Source: Ostrea edulis (lineage: Eukaryota). From it: a DNA stretch of 64,000 nt. Under the pieces are notes generated by a model. That model worked only from the letters and a program-made list of their open reading frames with translations, had not been told where the DNA came from and searched no databases. The stretch's first letter is position 1. Every line of letters begins with the position of its first letter. The stretch covers positions 20,584,001 through 20,648,000 of the forward strand of contig NC_079173.1 of the NCBI RefSeq assembly GCF_947568905.1, read 5' to 3'. A program made the position numbers and the translations under genes. Of this stretch, positions 13,301-26,435 are shown piece by piece.

Positions 13301-15099
13301 AGAGAATTACATGTATCAATCATCATTTTCGTCCCTATATGTATAATGCCTCCCCATTCTGTTCACGACCTGAATCTCCGTTGTTTGCCTTCTCTTTCCA
13401 CAGCTCTTCTCTGTGTTTCCTTTGGTCTTCCTTCCTTCACCTTTCGGGTGTCCAATCTAGGGCTGTTCCGGCATGACTATCACTTCTCATTCTTAGTTCA
13501 CATCAACCTTCATGCTTTTATGTTGTTCCTATCGTTTCCAGGTTGATCAATGTGTTTCACATCGATATAATTTTGTGGTATCATGAAAATCATAATTATT
13601 AGAAATATGTTCAACTAAAAGCTGGAGAAATCTGTTCAATTAAAGCTGGATATAACAAGTGAATAAGGAATACAAGTAGTTATATATTGAAGTTCGTTAT
13701 ATCAATATCATAATATAGAATGTACAATAGATCTGAGAAAAATTAACTCATGAAATGAGCGTGTCATGCCTGTTAGTTTAAACACCGATTACATAACAAG
13801 TACCCGTATGATAATTTTAATCAGCACAGTCCTTCGATATGTTTAAGAAAACGCTAGTTTATCCACAGTTTAAGTATTGATATAAAGGATAACGTCAATT
13901 GTTCTGGGAGCTTCTGTAAACAATTTTGCCGGGTGGACACAGCAATCAAAAATATCCCCTTCACCTGCCGCGAAGAAGCAAATATGGACGATAGAGCCTT
14001 TCAATGGTCTCGGATATTTGAATCCGTTTAATGGCCCTATCTCTATCACCCATGCATTGTCCAGCGTATTGACAAAGTTCTTCATAACTCTCCTAAGTCA
14101 AAGGCCAGGTGATCGTACTTGAACCCCCGTGACCTCGCGTGCGCTTCGAAGAACACCGAGCCCGACCCCTTTGACCCGTCTTTAAGAAACAGGGTTGCTA
14201 ATTGATAAAATACCCGAGTAGCGATGGTCTGTTTGGGGTTGATTATTTGTAACGTCTGTTTTCTGACTGACCACAGTATGTCTTTATACTGTGAAATGCT
14301 TGTAATTTTCAATCAAACGTGTCTAACACCCCAAAGGAATTTTACTTGACACGCCCCCAACCGAGTGAATATTCTCAGAAATAAATGTAGCTTAATAGCA
14401 CAGCCTACCAAATCTGTTCTTTAATGAAACGAAAAATATTTCAGTCTCTTTGATATCTTAATTGTAAAAATTTGAATTAAATCATGTGGCATTCAATATT
14501 TGCGAAATTAAGGTGAAGACAGGTAACGATTAAATGATAAATAATTTCGAATAACCGCTATTCTCTTCCTGTACTACTGTATATAGAAACCGCACATCAA
14601 CGCGACTAACGTTGAGATCAGTTGAATAAAATTGACCCCACACTTGTAACATTGGGTACATTGAGGTAAACAAGGAGAATAGTGTATCAAGTTTTAAGCC
14701 CAGACATTTTATGCAAGTATTATCAATTCGAGCCCGGTATATTATTTGTACATGTATATGTATAGGTACAGTATTTGTATATATTTTCATGCTGCCCCTT
14801 GAGGGCCCTTGATTAGAAAATAAAAATATATTCAATGTTCTATTTGCGAACTCGCTTTCTTCTTCTCAAATACAAACCTTTGATTTTCTTACTTTGATAA
14901 TACAGAAAACATTTTCTTTTTTGAAAATTTTGTATCAAAACTGGGTAAAGCTCTAAGTTTTCAACATGACCTACTCCTATTATATCTTGGATCCAACTCT
15001 GTTGTTTAAAAAGTGGGGAAATCTGGTATTGCATTGCGTATATGAATATTTTTCTGCACTTTCCTATATACCAATAAACGCCCATACCTGTACCCTTTA

Positions 15100-15101
<2 letters not shown>

Positions 15102-15144
<43 letters not shown>
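15102..15144. repeat. (CT)n microsatellite
   Basis: About 21 CT units. Confidence 0.95.
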
Positions 15145-15148
<4 letters not shown>

Positions 15149-15948
15149 TGTGCCCCTATGAATTAAAGACCGTTCGGGTACATACTTATCCCTCAATTAA
15201 ACAGCATACAATACATAATGAAGGAAAAAAGAATATTGCCAAGAAAATGTTATGATATACTGCTAATGACCAAACATCGCAACATGATATACAATATATG
15301 TGCTTTGCAGTTTCAGGGGATTGCTAGCACCAAAACTCAGTCTCCCAAGTCCTTACTGTAAAATAAGCATGTGAAAAGAATATCGAAAACTCGAGAATAA
15401 GACGAAGAAAAACCTTTGCGAAACAAACTTGATTATATAACAGTGTACAAAATACGCGATAGATTTATACAGTAACAAGCCCTCTATATTATATCTCCTG
15501 CGACACTGGGAGAACCTTTGAAGTATAACATTTATTATCATGTTCGGATAATCCATGTGTAAACCATTGCCATAATTTGTGGAATCGCCATTACTAGGAG
15601 ATTGGAAATCACAAGACGTTTTGATTTCCATTCAATTGAAGATTTTTATTATATTTGATTGCTTTCCTTAAGTCAACAATAGTCAATTGTTTCCCCAGAG
15701 TCATACGATATACTGTGTAAATGTTATGATACACGATTTGTCTTATCAGCATTTACAGAATTAGAATGGACAAGCATATTTAGTCTGTAATGGAAAAGAG
15801 GCATAGCTCTCATTCTATCAACAAAACGAACTATGAGTTTGAGTAAGGATGAAGATATGTTAAGTGATTTTTGATACTTTATTTAAAAAATATTTCGTTA
15901 TTTTCAATATCGGTCTGGTCAGTCATCATGAACTTGAATGACCAAGAG

Positions 15949-16194
15949 CGGTCTGGGGGTTATAAACTTTTTTTTAGCACGTTAACATACTCAAACTCGA
16001 ACTCCATGCTCTAGATCGTATTCATACTCAAAAGTGAAGGTTATAAAACTTTTATAGAATCATTCTGGTACTCAAATGGAGTACATGCTCAAGATTTTTT
16101 GAGTATGCTTCAGAGCTTGCTCAGAGTTGTAATCACAGCAAACATGGCTGAGTTTGAGTATGAGTACGGGAAAAGTTTTATAACTTCCAGGTCT
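15949..16194. mobile_element. MITE, inverted relative of 8713-8930
   Basis: TIRs ggtctgggggttataaa / ttttataacttccaggtct. The internal sequence is a diverged reverse complement of the 8713 copy. Confidence 0.75.
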
Positions 16195-19100
16195 GGTGAT
16201 GTCTTTATATGAGTGAGAAATTCTCAAATGGCCGGACTTCAAGCAACAAAAAATTCTGCATCTTGGTTATGTTTTCAACTTTCAGCCAGATTCATAGTAG
16301 CTCTACTTCTATCACGTGGTCCAGTTCGCATCCCTTTGGTACACGATCAAACTGGTTCTATTCCCTAGAAGAAAGGATTTTAAAAAATGATAACAATGAT
16401 TAAAGAATTTCAACCCCCCTAAAAAATCTGCACTTTAATTATTCAAAACAAGAAAAGATATCCCTGGCATAACCTCATTTCATGTTTAAAGAAATTATTC
16501 CTAGAATTACATGTATTTGGGTCATCTAGAATAATTGTGTTATAAGATGTATTCTCGAAATCTTTACATTAAAAAAAAGAAAATTAATTAATTAGAAACT
16601 ATAGCTTTAAAATCAAGCCTAATGGCAATTTTTTTTTCATTCTGTTTATGTGAAAAAGGACAATTTTATGTTCAATAATACATGTATATTATGATCATTA
16701 CCATGCATAACATTCCACGTAGATATGACCAAGAAACTGGGCTAGAGGTTCGTGTAGGAGAAACGAAGGCAGTTTGATTTTTTTTTTACTTTGCGGACTA
16801 TCTACATTGGGAAGTGAAACACGTGGTCATTTTAGTAAGTAATTGAAATGCTCTTGGTGAAGCAAATATTGCTTGCAGAAACTATTACCAAGATGTGTCA
16901 TCAAGATTATGTGAACCTGGGACAATCAACATGTCTCCTGCATGTTAAACGATAGTTAACCATTAAAAAACTCTCTCTTCTGCTGAGAAATGGTGTACCA
17001 TAAGCGGCCCTGTTATCTCATTTTGTGTACACAACGCCCGACTTAGTTGACGTTTGAAATTTACAAGTAAATAAATAGTCCTCAACCCGCGCGTGATAAT
17101 GGAGAGAGGCAACGAGCGGCGCGCGTGACAGCTCGTCTACTCAATATTAAGTTGCTACATTGTAAATGTTCAAATTTAAATCGAAGTGGCATGTAGAAAT
17201 TCTCAACTTAAGAGGGTATTTACAGATTTTTGAGAACCTTAGACGTTACTTTAGTCCATAGTGATGTGCTAAAAATAGATGATGAATTATTATACATGCA
17301 CTGTAACTGGAACAGAGGAAGTTTTTTTTAAACACAATATTATTATGTTGTTTCTGTTGAATAGAACCGAATTTTACAAAATTATAGTAAGGTACATTTG
17401 TTTATTTTGTAAAGATATTTCTATCAATGCAAGATCAATGTAGGTGAACATATGTAGAAATGTTAGAAGAGACTTTATATATTGCTGCAGGTAATAAATA
17501 AAACAATTTTGCTATTGATTAATTTAATTAACATTTTCACACAATTTTGTAAATAGATAAATTTCAAAGTATTTCTAGCTATATATATGTCGATAATATT
17601 GATACCTGCAGTAAAGCGTATAAGGGCAGAAAGGTCATTACAAATACCTGACCTAAGTCATCGCTGTTTCTTTTAATTTCTATTTTCATACAGAAATGGA
17701 AGCGTTACCATGCAGACAAAAGCAACTATTATTCGCCTGGCAACTAAGAAAATTTTTCTTTTCTTTTCCGTTTTCATATTCAATTAAAGCGTTATAATAG
17801 AATTCGTTCGGCTTGTTTTAAATTTACAAAACCGTTTTTAACAAATTCAAACAAGGACTTCACAATGCCTTGACAAAGTTAGTAGGGTGCTTTTTAGTAG
17901 ACAACTTTTCCCCCCTTGTTTATTCTGACAAAATTTAATATTGGAAATGGAGAGAACAATTAAATCATTCAAATCGACACTAGAGAGTTTTAATAATCGT
18001 TTTTGTATGCTAATCAAATAGTACACCGCGTATTGTTGACTTAAGAAAATAATGGAGAATATTGGCTTATTATACCTGAACAAGGATATGTAACACCATG
18101 TGACGATAATGTCCCTTGTCTGCGAGAAATACAAAGAGCCGACCGGATATTCACAGGATACCGAAGCCAAATAGCGCACACTCACAATACAATATGGCCG
18201 CAATGGTCAAAGATATGCATTTGAAGAAAGTTTTAAGTATCTTCGTTTGGCGGTAATAATTTGTGTTCTACTGTCGCATTCTCGCTTGAAATTCCTTTTC
18301 GAATTAGAAGTTTACATATGATTCAATTTCCGCGCTCTGTAAATGATCATTTGTAGATGTAATGGGGTACAAAGCGGAAACGTTAGTAACTAATTTCCGC
18401 GGGTAAACTCTCGCCGTTTTTTCCAAAATGTAATTTGCTTGGTTCACTAGCAATTCCGTGGTCTTTGAGACATATCAAAACATATTCAAATTCTGTCCAT
18501 TTAGTTTCACTTAGGAATGATAGTGAAATGCACTGTAGTCTGTTTGACAGCCTTCTTTTAAAAGACAACGAGAGCTAAACGATCATACATACATGCATGC
18601 ACGGAATATAATTAGTTCTGTCTAATGATTTATATATATGCAAAGAAGCAACTTGACAAAATGCTGAAATTTTGTATGAAATGAAAAATCCCCAAATCCC
18701 AAAATCGAAAGATTATTACGTTATCAGTTTAACAGGTTAGGCTCGTCATGTCAGGGAGAATTATAGGCGATAAGCTGAGAACGGCGTGAACTCCTGGTAT
18801 TCATGTACTGACACTAAGAATATAAGTGTGATGTTTATCAGAGAAATGTATCAGCAAAATCAAAATCGAATGTCCACAAAGTTAGGTAAATACAATTACA
18901 CATGGTACCCTGTTATCCTTCTACCTCTCTCGTTGATCTTGACGGAGCAGGACAAGTGTTAAATTTCAAAACTAGGCCTAAAGCAGGAGTTTTAAGGATG
19001 CTTGATTCCTCCCCAGCGTTTGGTCAAAGCCACATTCAATGTATCAGAATTCTTTATTCACTTTAATAACTCTATGATGATTCATAGAATAAAGTTTCAT

Positions 19101-19308
19101 CTTCATATGGTGTCATATTGACACGCCTTTGTAAATTGTTGTCATAAATCACATAAATTATGTTTCGAGAAAAAAAAACTTTTCTTGAATGTTTCGTAGT
19201 CTGAGAAATATAGTAACAAAATTACAACAAATCCTACTATGGTGGATAAACAAAAAATACAGCGTCCTATATATGCATTGCATAGGAAAGAAAAGTCTTA
19301 AACCTATA

Positions 19309-19347
<39 letters not shown>

Positions 19348-19356
19348 TACATACAT
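19309..19356. repeat. (AC)n/(ATAC)n microsatellite
   Basis: Direct reading. Confidence 0.95.
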
Positions 19357-19477
19357 ATAAAAATCTACATGCACAAGAAGTAGTATGATAAAAATATCAC
19401 AAAGCCGATTGAGTACGAATATACTTGATTTTTAACCTTTATGATTTAGAATACAGTGATGGTTTAGACAGCCACGC

Positions 19478-19625
19478 NNNNNNNNNNNNNNNNNNNNNNN
19501 NNNNNNNNNNNNNNNNNNNNNNNNNNNNNNNNNNNNNNNNNNNNNNNNNNNNNNNNNNNNNNNNNNNNNNNNNNNNNNNNNNNNNNNNNNNNNNNNNNNN
19601 NNNNNNNNNNNNNNNNNNNNNNNNN
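19478..19625. other. Assembly gap
   Basis: 148 N. Confidence 1.
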
Positions 19626-20150
19626 TTAGAGAGAGAAAGTTAATTAAGACTATCCTCACTACTTCGCGCATTGGGATTAGCATATCGTTTGTCCTGGGGA
19701 AGGGACCTGTCGTCCTCAAAAATTGACAATCTAATTGTTCGTGTCGCTGGTCATTTTAGTGCTTATATTTATATGATAATCCTGTTTGTATTGGAGAATG
19801 CTAATGGATAAAAAGATGTATATTGAAAATGGACGGCTAAGTTAATGAATGGACAATGAATTAATGTGTAAGTCTTTCAATCACTAAACGTGTGCATAGT
19901 TTTCCCCTTAGTTGTTAACACTCTGCATTTGAACATAGAGAAACCCGGCGATGAATACGTTTTCAGTGTGCATGGCCACCCGATCCCATCTTCTCGCATT
20001 GCATGGTGAATTTAAATTTTCGCCGAAATCCTACGCTATGAGAGGGAGCACCAGTGTTTATCTGTTTTAAATATCTTATTGCCAAAATAATTATTTATTT
20101 ACCGTCGTGTTAAGTCGAACCCCGTGTCTCTGTCGCACGCGAGCGATCTG

Positions 20151-20204
20151 ATTGGTCGATAGCGGACGAGTTCGGGGTGTTACACGGGCCATGTCCTATA
20201 TAAA
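20151..20204 (+). promoter_or_regulatory. Candidate core promoter of the Ptf1a-like paralogue
   Basis: Inverted CCAAT (ATTGG 20151-20155) and TATATAAA (20197-20204) in a CpG-rich patch about 250 bp before the ATG. Confidence 0.5.
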
Positions 20205-20457
20205 CCAGAGAGTGTCGCGTGCTCTGTGGTATATGAAATATCTGTCGTCCAACCAAACTTGTTTAACCCAAACTTTCCTTAAGGCCTTATCAGCACTGAT
20301 AATATCTACCATCTATTAATCATTGATCATTTACGTTTATGAGATGGAAATGTTCAATGAAAAATCTCCCTAATTATTATTCACGAGAGTCGATTCTAAG
20401 ACATTGTTATATATTTTTTCATCTGATCGGAATAATAATCGTTTTCCAGTTCGAACC

Positions 20458-20881
20458 ATGAATGCAATGGATAATTTTCTGCTGGACGAAGACTTTCTTG
20501 ATTTTTACGAACCTTTAGAATACAGTGATGGTTTAGACAGCCAAGCCTCAAACGAATCCGACGAAGAGAACATCTTCTTTTTCACGGACAAGCACTCGGG
20601 CAAACCAGTGAAAAAACAACAGCAGCGGAAGGCCGCCAACATGCGCGAGCGACGGAGGATGAAGTCCATCAACGACGCGTTTGACAATCTCCGAAACTCC
20701 ATCCCGTCCACCATCAACGCCGACAGAAGACTATCGAAGGTTGACACTCTCAGACTAGCCATTCGGTATATTGGACATTTGTCGGAGTTGGTTCAGACTT
20801 CTGCTGAGTTCCAAACGGAAGTATCTATGAAGAAAAATAGCAGAACCCACGATAAAGTCATTGTCCGGTGTCACTTTTCTG
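20458..20881 (+). CDS. Ptf1a-like paralogue exon 1 (bHLH)
   Basis: accATG at 20458; [54 protein letters not shown]; donor TCT G|GTAAGT at 20881/20882, phase 1, after KVIVRCH. Confidence 0.92.
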
Positions 20882-21588
20882 GTAAGTCGGTTAAAGTTGC
20901 GTGAAACATTTTCTTGTGGTGTCCTGAAGACATTGAACACCCCTCTTACTATTAGATTTGTGTAAAACTTGTAGAATGAACCTTTAAAACTACAACTAAA
21001 AGTTTTATTGGTTATCTTATATCGATGATCAATCGAAATATTTAAAAAAAAAAAAAAAAAAATTCAAAATCTTTATAATCTACAAACAATCGAGCTCATA
21101 AAATGAAAACGGTTGATGCAAAGCAAGAGATTCGTGTAACGATGCATATTTTGTTTTTAAAAAGAAGATACTTGTATTCAAATTGATGCAGTTATTTCAC
21201 ATTTCTTTTTATCATTTTAAAAAAATCCATTTACAACTTTTCGTGTCATCCTTCCTAAATGTATATGTTCAGCTTTCGGATATTGAAACAGAAACTGATG
21301 TTTATGCTACTGCTCTCTCGCTACATTTCCTTTAAACAACTTCGACTATGACTGAACGTTTTCTTTTTTATGGAAATATTGTAATATCTAATTTTAGATT
21401 AAAAATCAATAATGGCTACCCTTTGATGAGAAGTTAGAGCAACACATGACACCTTCAGTGATATTTCTATTGCAATAGATATAAATCGTCATCATTAATA
21501 AATTTTCAAATAAAAAACGAAATCTAAACGAACTAAAAAAAAAATAAAAAATAATATTTAATGTTTGATGTTTATGATTCTTTTTTAG

Positions 21589-21779
21589 ATATCACGGAGG
21601 AGATTTTAGACAACCATGAGCCCCTTATGGGCCACTCGCTCTCTTGGGATATCAGCAAACCCCCAAACCAAACCGGGGAAAACCGATTCACCGCCAAAGT
21701 CTGGGTTCCGGAAATACCTACCGAGTCCGATTTAATTAATATCAACTCGTATTCTAATGACTTCCACCAATACCTGTGA
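21589..21779 (+). CDS. Ptf1a-like paralogue exon 2
   Basis: Acceptor ttttttag|AT at 21588/21589, phase-compatible. Encodes GHSLSW and AKVWVPEIP. Spliced CDS is 615 nt (204 aa). Confidence 0.9.
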
Positions 21780-24700
21780 TTGACTTTTCCTTCGTGTCTC
21801 ACAAGGACTCACGAAAGTTTGTTCCGAAGAGCAAGCAAAAGGATTTCTATGCATAACAAGTCACTGCCAAAATACCCGGATGGAACTGCTTCATTTGAGC
21901 CGAAAAAGGCAGTGAGGTGTCGAATAGGCAACGAAAGCGCAAGAATGTGCGATATATATACCAGAATACTTCACTAGTGTTCTTTGTTATTTGTTTATTT
22001 GTTAGACTTCATACAAACAATTATTTATTTTATGATGTATTTACACAATGTTGAATATTTTATATCTTTATACGAAATAGCCAGAGATTGATTTTTGCTA
22101 CCATGGTGAAATTGATGAATATAAAAATGAGAAAAACAAGGCGTTGTGCTTTTCTTTTTCCAAAGTGTGTGGAATGATGATTATAAATATAAAAATCAAT
22201 AAAATAAAAAAGAAAGCTCGATTTTAGGGAAAACACAACTTTCCCTGGTTTGGTAATATTACATTGCATGATTAGACTGAGTTCGGACCCTAGGATCATA
22301 TTAAATATTATATTCACATTTACAATTTTTCGCCCTAGGTATCTTTACAGAATGCAATAATAGTCACTTCTTCCTGAAAGCGATACAGTAGTAAACAATG
22401 CTCGTATGAATCTTGATAAACATAGTGCCTCTATTCTAATGACTGGGAATTCCTACGAAAATGAAAGTAGAATATGTAAATATTTTAAATAAATAAATAA
22501 ATAAATAAATTTCGTTTTTGAAATTACATGGGAGTATGAACTGGAACTCTTGACACCGCCACATTAATGCGCTTCATGATGCTAGCGTGAAGCGTCACAA
22601 TTCATTCCGTCATGTATTTTCAGAAATGAAAATTTATTTCTTAAATAAAAAAGAAAATATATGTAATTTTCCCTTTATATTTCATATGAACCTATATTTT
22701 TTCCCCAAACCTATTTCCTGCATGAATTTCTCGTTCAAATCTCACAAAACTTGTACTAACAAATTGATAATTTGATGTTGCTTTGGACAATTGTCAGTAT
22801 GTGTAGTAAAATTTAGATAATGTCGCAATAAAACAGGAAAATATCACGGCACAAAATTTATAAATCGTGACGAAAATTGTACATCACATTTTAAATCAGA
22901 ATATTTTTAAACTTCAAAATTAAACAAATAAGTTGCAGTGAATCAACGTACCAAATTTGAAGTTTGAATCAGACTAGAATTATAGACATTAGAATTTTTT
23001 TTCTTCAATATTTGATTTCCTACAAAGCATGCAGGCAAAAAGAAAATTCCATTTGTTTATATCATTATTATTCACCACTGAAAAATATTCCGCTGTTATA
23101 TATTGCACGTTTGCGAACGGGTACCTTTTCACAAAATCCAAATTCAGCAACAAGCATTTGTCTTAAATCCTATTTTTTGTCAATTTATTGTTTTATGATA
23201 TCAAAGTCTGTGATGTGTCAGATGTTAGTGATATTCAAAAGGAAAAAAAAGAATGGCAGGATATAAAGAGTTAAAACAAAAAGTTTACATCACACGTATT
23301 AGCTCATTTAAGTTTCTGAGATTTTTCAATAAAAAATATCGCTAACGTCTCAAACATAAGATATCATTATAGAATACATTTACCTTCTTTCTACAGTAGA
23401 TCAATAAATGCATAAACAAATTTATCCGTAGATAAAATGAATAAATAACACATAAAGAAAATGTGTTCAATTTCTCTGATCGTGCTTAAGTAGATGCAAT
23501 ATGTAAAAAATCAAATTCTTTGACAAATGTTCATAAAAAGATGAAATTAAACAGAAACATGCAAAATCATGTGATCTCATTTCATATATTTTGAAAACAA
23601 TTTTCATTCATATTTTTCAGTGTGGTTTCTTCCATGATATTGTTCTAGCTATAAACAATGCCTTTTAAAGAGGCACTAGCTGTCCACTAGGGCGTAAAAA
23701 ACTTTTAAAATTTTGAACATTGATTTTTTAAAAATGCTGGAATGCATTAAAAATGAAGAAAAATAAATCTGAGAGTGCAAAAATCGACCTCCAATCGAAT
23801 TTTATGAATTTTTTTTTTTAAATCTTGCTAATTTCAATGAATTTATTTCCATACAATATCGTTTCGCACAATGTTTCTATATAAACAAGAGCAATTCTTA
23901 AGTCGAAGTCACAACAAAAAATTGCGAGATATATGGAATTTAATATGTCAGTGGGGATTGTAATGTACTGTAAAGCTTTTTCAGTCATTTCGGTAACAAT
24001 CGGGAAATATGACGTTGGACCTAATGCCCCTTGCAGAACGCCAAATTGTTCTACAGATTATCAGCATAAATTCTGACCATGACAAAATAATCAGCTGTCA
24101 TTTTAGAAATAGGAAATGCTTTAGCTTTTAAGTGGCGTGACATAATCCGAATTTCAAACGATTTTTCTAAAATTTATATTATGTAAAACTGAGGAATTGC
24201 AAAAATCTTCAATCAACTCAAGAGATGAAAAGGGCACCTGCAACCAAGTCTACAAGAGGGTTGACTAATTACTCATTACGAACCCTTATCAGATGCCAGC
24301 AATCAATACATTTGTTCTATAAATGTTGAAAAGACTTCTTCTCAACCCGGATCATTACTAAAGGATAGAGAGCACTTCATAGCCACGCGACGTAAGTAAA
24401 CACAGCGGTACACGTGTATAGGGGGCGTGGTCGGGACATATTGACACTGGAACGGCTAGCATCAGTCTATTGTGAATCAAGATAGGCTACTACATAATTT
24501 TGAAATTTGATAAAATATATAACAAAATAACTTTTTAAAAAAATGAATCTAGAATATAGGAGACATCCGAACTTAAAAGATATAATATTATGCAAGTTTA
24601 TTATGAACTCCCATTATACAATGTACTTTATTTGGAAATGTGGTTTTAAATAAACACCGACGATATTTATGCAAAAACAATGACAACAATATTGACTTTC

Positions 24701-25524
24701 AATAAAAAGCATTTATTAGGGTATTTTTGAATTGGTAGTTCAGTATTAAGCATTTGGAACTGTCCTTTTGTGTCATAAACCAAACCAGGGCTACTGTACG
24801 TATCTCACATTTAGATGTCGCATGACACTGTTACTACAAGCAAAAGTAAAAAATTTCACGAAGGTGTAAATAAGATTTTCGTCAAAGGAGGACTACCGTT
24901 AATGATTTACAAAGGACTTACAAATGTAATTCTACCGATGTTTAAAGCAACAACTGGTTTGAAACCGATCAATCCATTTAATTTGTTTAAACAGTTCGAT
25001 TTTGACCATAAAATTACAGAGTAACGGTATTTTTGTCTTTGGTTAACGAAGACAGTGGTACTGGGAACTCGTCAGGTGGCGCACTCTGCGAGACTTTGCC
25101 GAAACGAGATTTAGTATAGCGGCTGTTAGTTCTCCCATGAATCGAGACCAGTGTATCTGGCCATTAGATATACACAACAAGAAATTTAAATCGATTTGAA
25201 GTTGTAGGCTTTTTGTTTCTTTTAACGTTAGTATTTTCTTCCGCCTGATTATTTACCTTATTTCAAAAATACACAATATCAATACCCTAAAAAAAAAATA
25301 ACACAAACAATAAACCTAATAAGTAAATAAATAATATTAATTCTAAAAAAAAAAAAGAACGCCAAAATCTATATTTACTAATGGCAAACATAGTTGATAC
25401 GCGGAAATTCTCGAAAAGATGGTTTTTCAAACATACTAATTAAACATTACTCACTAATTAAACATTACTCATCAACTAACTCTATTCCATATCTGTCGGG
25501 AGAGCTTTTCTCCTTGCAACATAA

Positions 25525-26030
25525 GTTAGTGACTAGTACCTGGTTACTTATAAAGAGAAACATTGTTTACAACTAGTTAACTACCTGAAACTGAAAAAAT
25601 TACTACTATTAACCAGCTAAATCTAGAAACAACGTAGTCAGCCACTACAGGGAATAAAACACCTACTGATGGCCATAGTTATAACCTTTATTCCTTATAA
25701 TAGCTGGCTAATGGTATCTACCGGTATCTATTTTTCACACTTTTAAAAGTAGCTGGCTACTAGTAGATAATTTTTCTCATTTTCAGTAGTTAGTTATCAC
25801 GTGTAGTAGGTAATTTTTCTCGCTTTAAGTAGCTGGGTACTAGTAGCTAGCTTTTCTCGCTTTAAGTAGCTGGGTACTAGTAGCTAGCTTTTCTCGCTTT
25901 AAGTAGCTGGGTACTAGTAGCTAGCTTTTCTCGCGCTGGTTACTAGTAGGTAATTTTTCTCGCTTTAAGTAGCTAGTTATTACGTGTAGTACCTAGCTTT
26001 TCTCGCTTTAAGTAGCTGGTTACATATACT
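25525..26030. repeat. Foldback-like element: imperfect ~100-bp inverted repeat plus 37-bp tandem repeat
   Basis: 25525-25620 is an imperfect reverse complement of 25750-25850. The right arm is expanded into about 5 units of gctagcttttctcgctttaagtagctgggtactagta. Confidence 0.65.
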
Positions 26031-26435
26031 AGTAGCTGGCTGCCAGTAGTTAACGTGTCCAGTTTCGTTGACAACATTTTTTTTTTTCAAGTATCCAGTC
26101 ACTAGCAGCTAGTTACTTGTACCTAACTTTACCGACCTCAACATATATAATGCTCTTAAATAATAAATACATAATTATCCCGTCCATAATCAAAAGATTA
26201 ACCGCCTCCGATAAGGAAATTCAGGTGAACAAAGAAAGAGAACTCATCAGTTCAATCTAGGCTTTATATCTTTCTGTTGACTATCAGTATCGCAAAATCA
26301 AGATAGGAGTATTGTAAGTTTAAGTTAATACATAGCTTCACAATACTCAGAATTATTCCATCCTTATAGAATTTTATTTTAAATAGTGTCAATTTATCGA
26401 TATTCACACACAGTACAATGTCATTCCGACACACT

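Noticed and set aside
20404-20457. ORF-track N-terminal extension of the Ptf1a-like gene; likewise 51317-51349 for the cGLR
   Set aside because: The first starts at TTG upstream of a good accATG (20458). The second lies across a splice acceptor (51330), upstream of the ATG at 51316.
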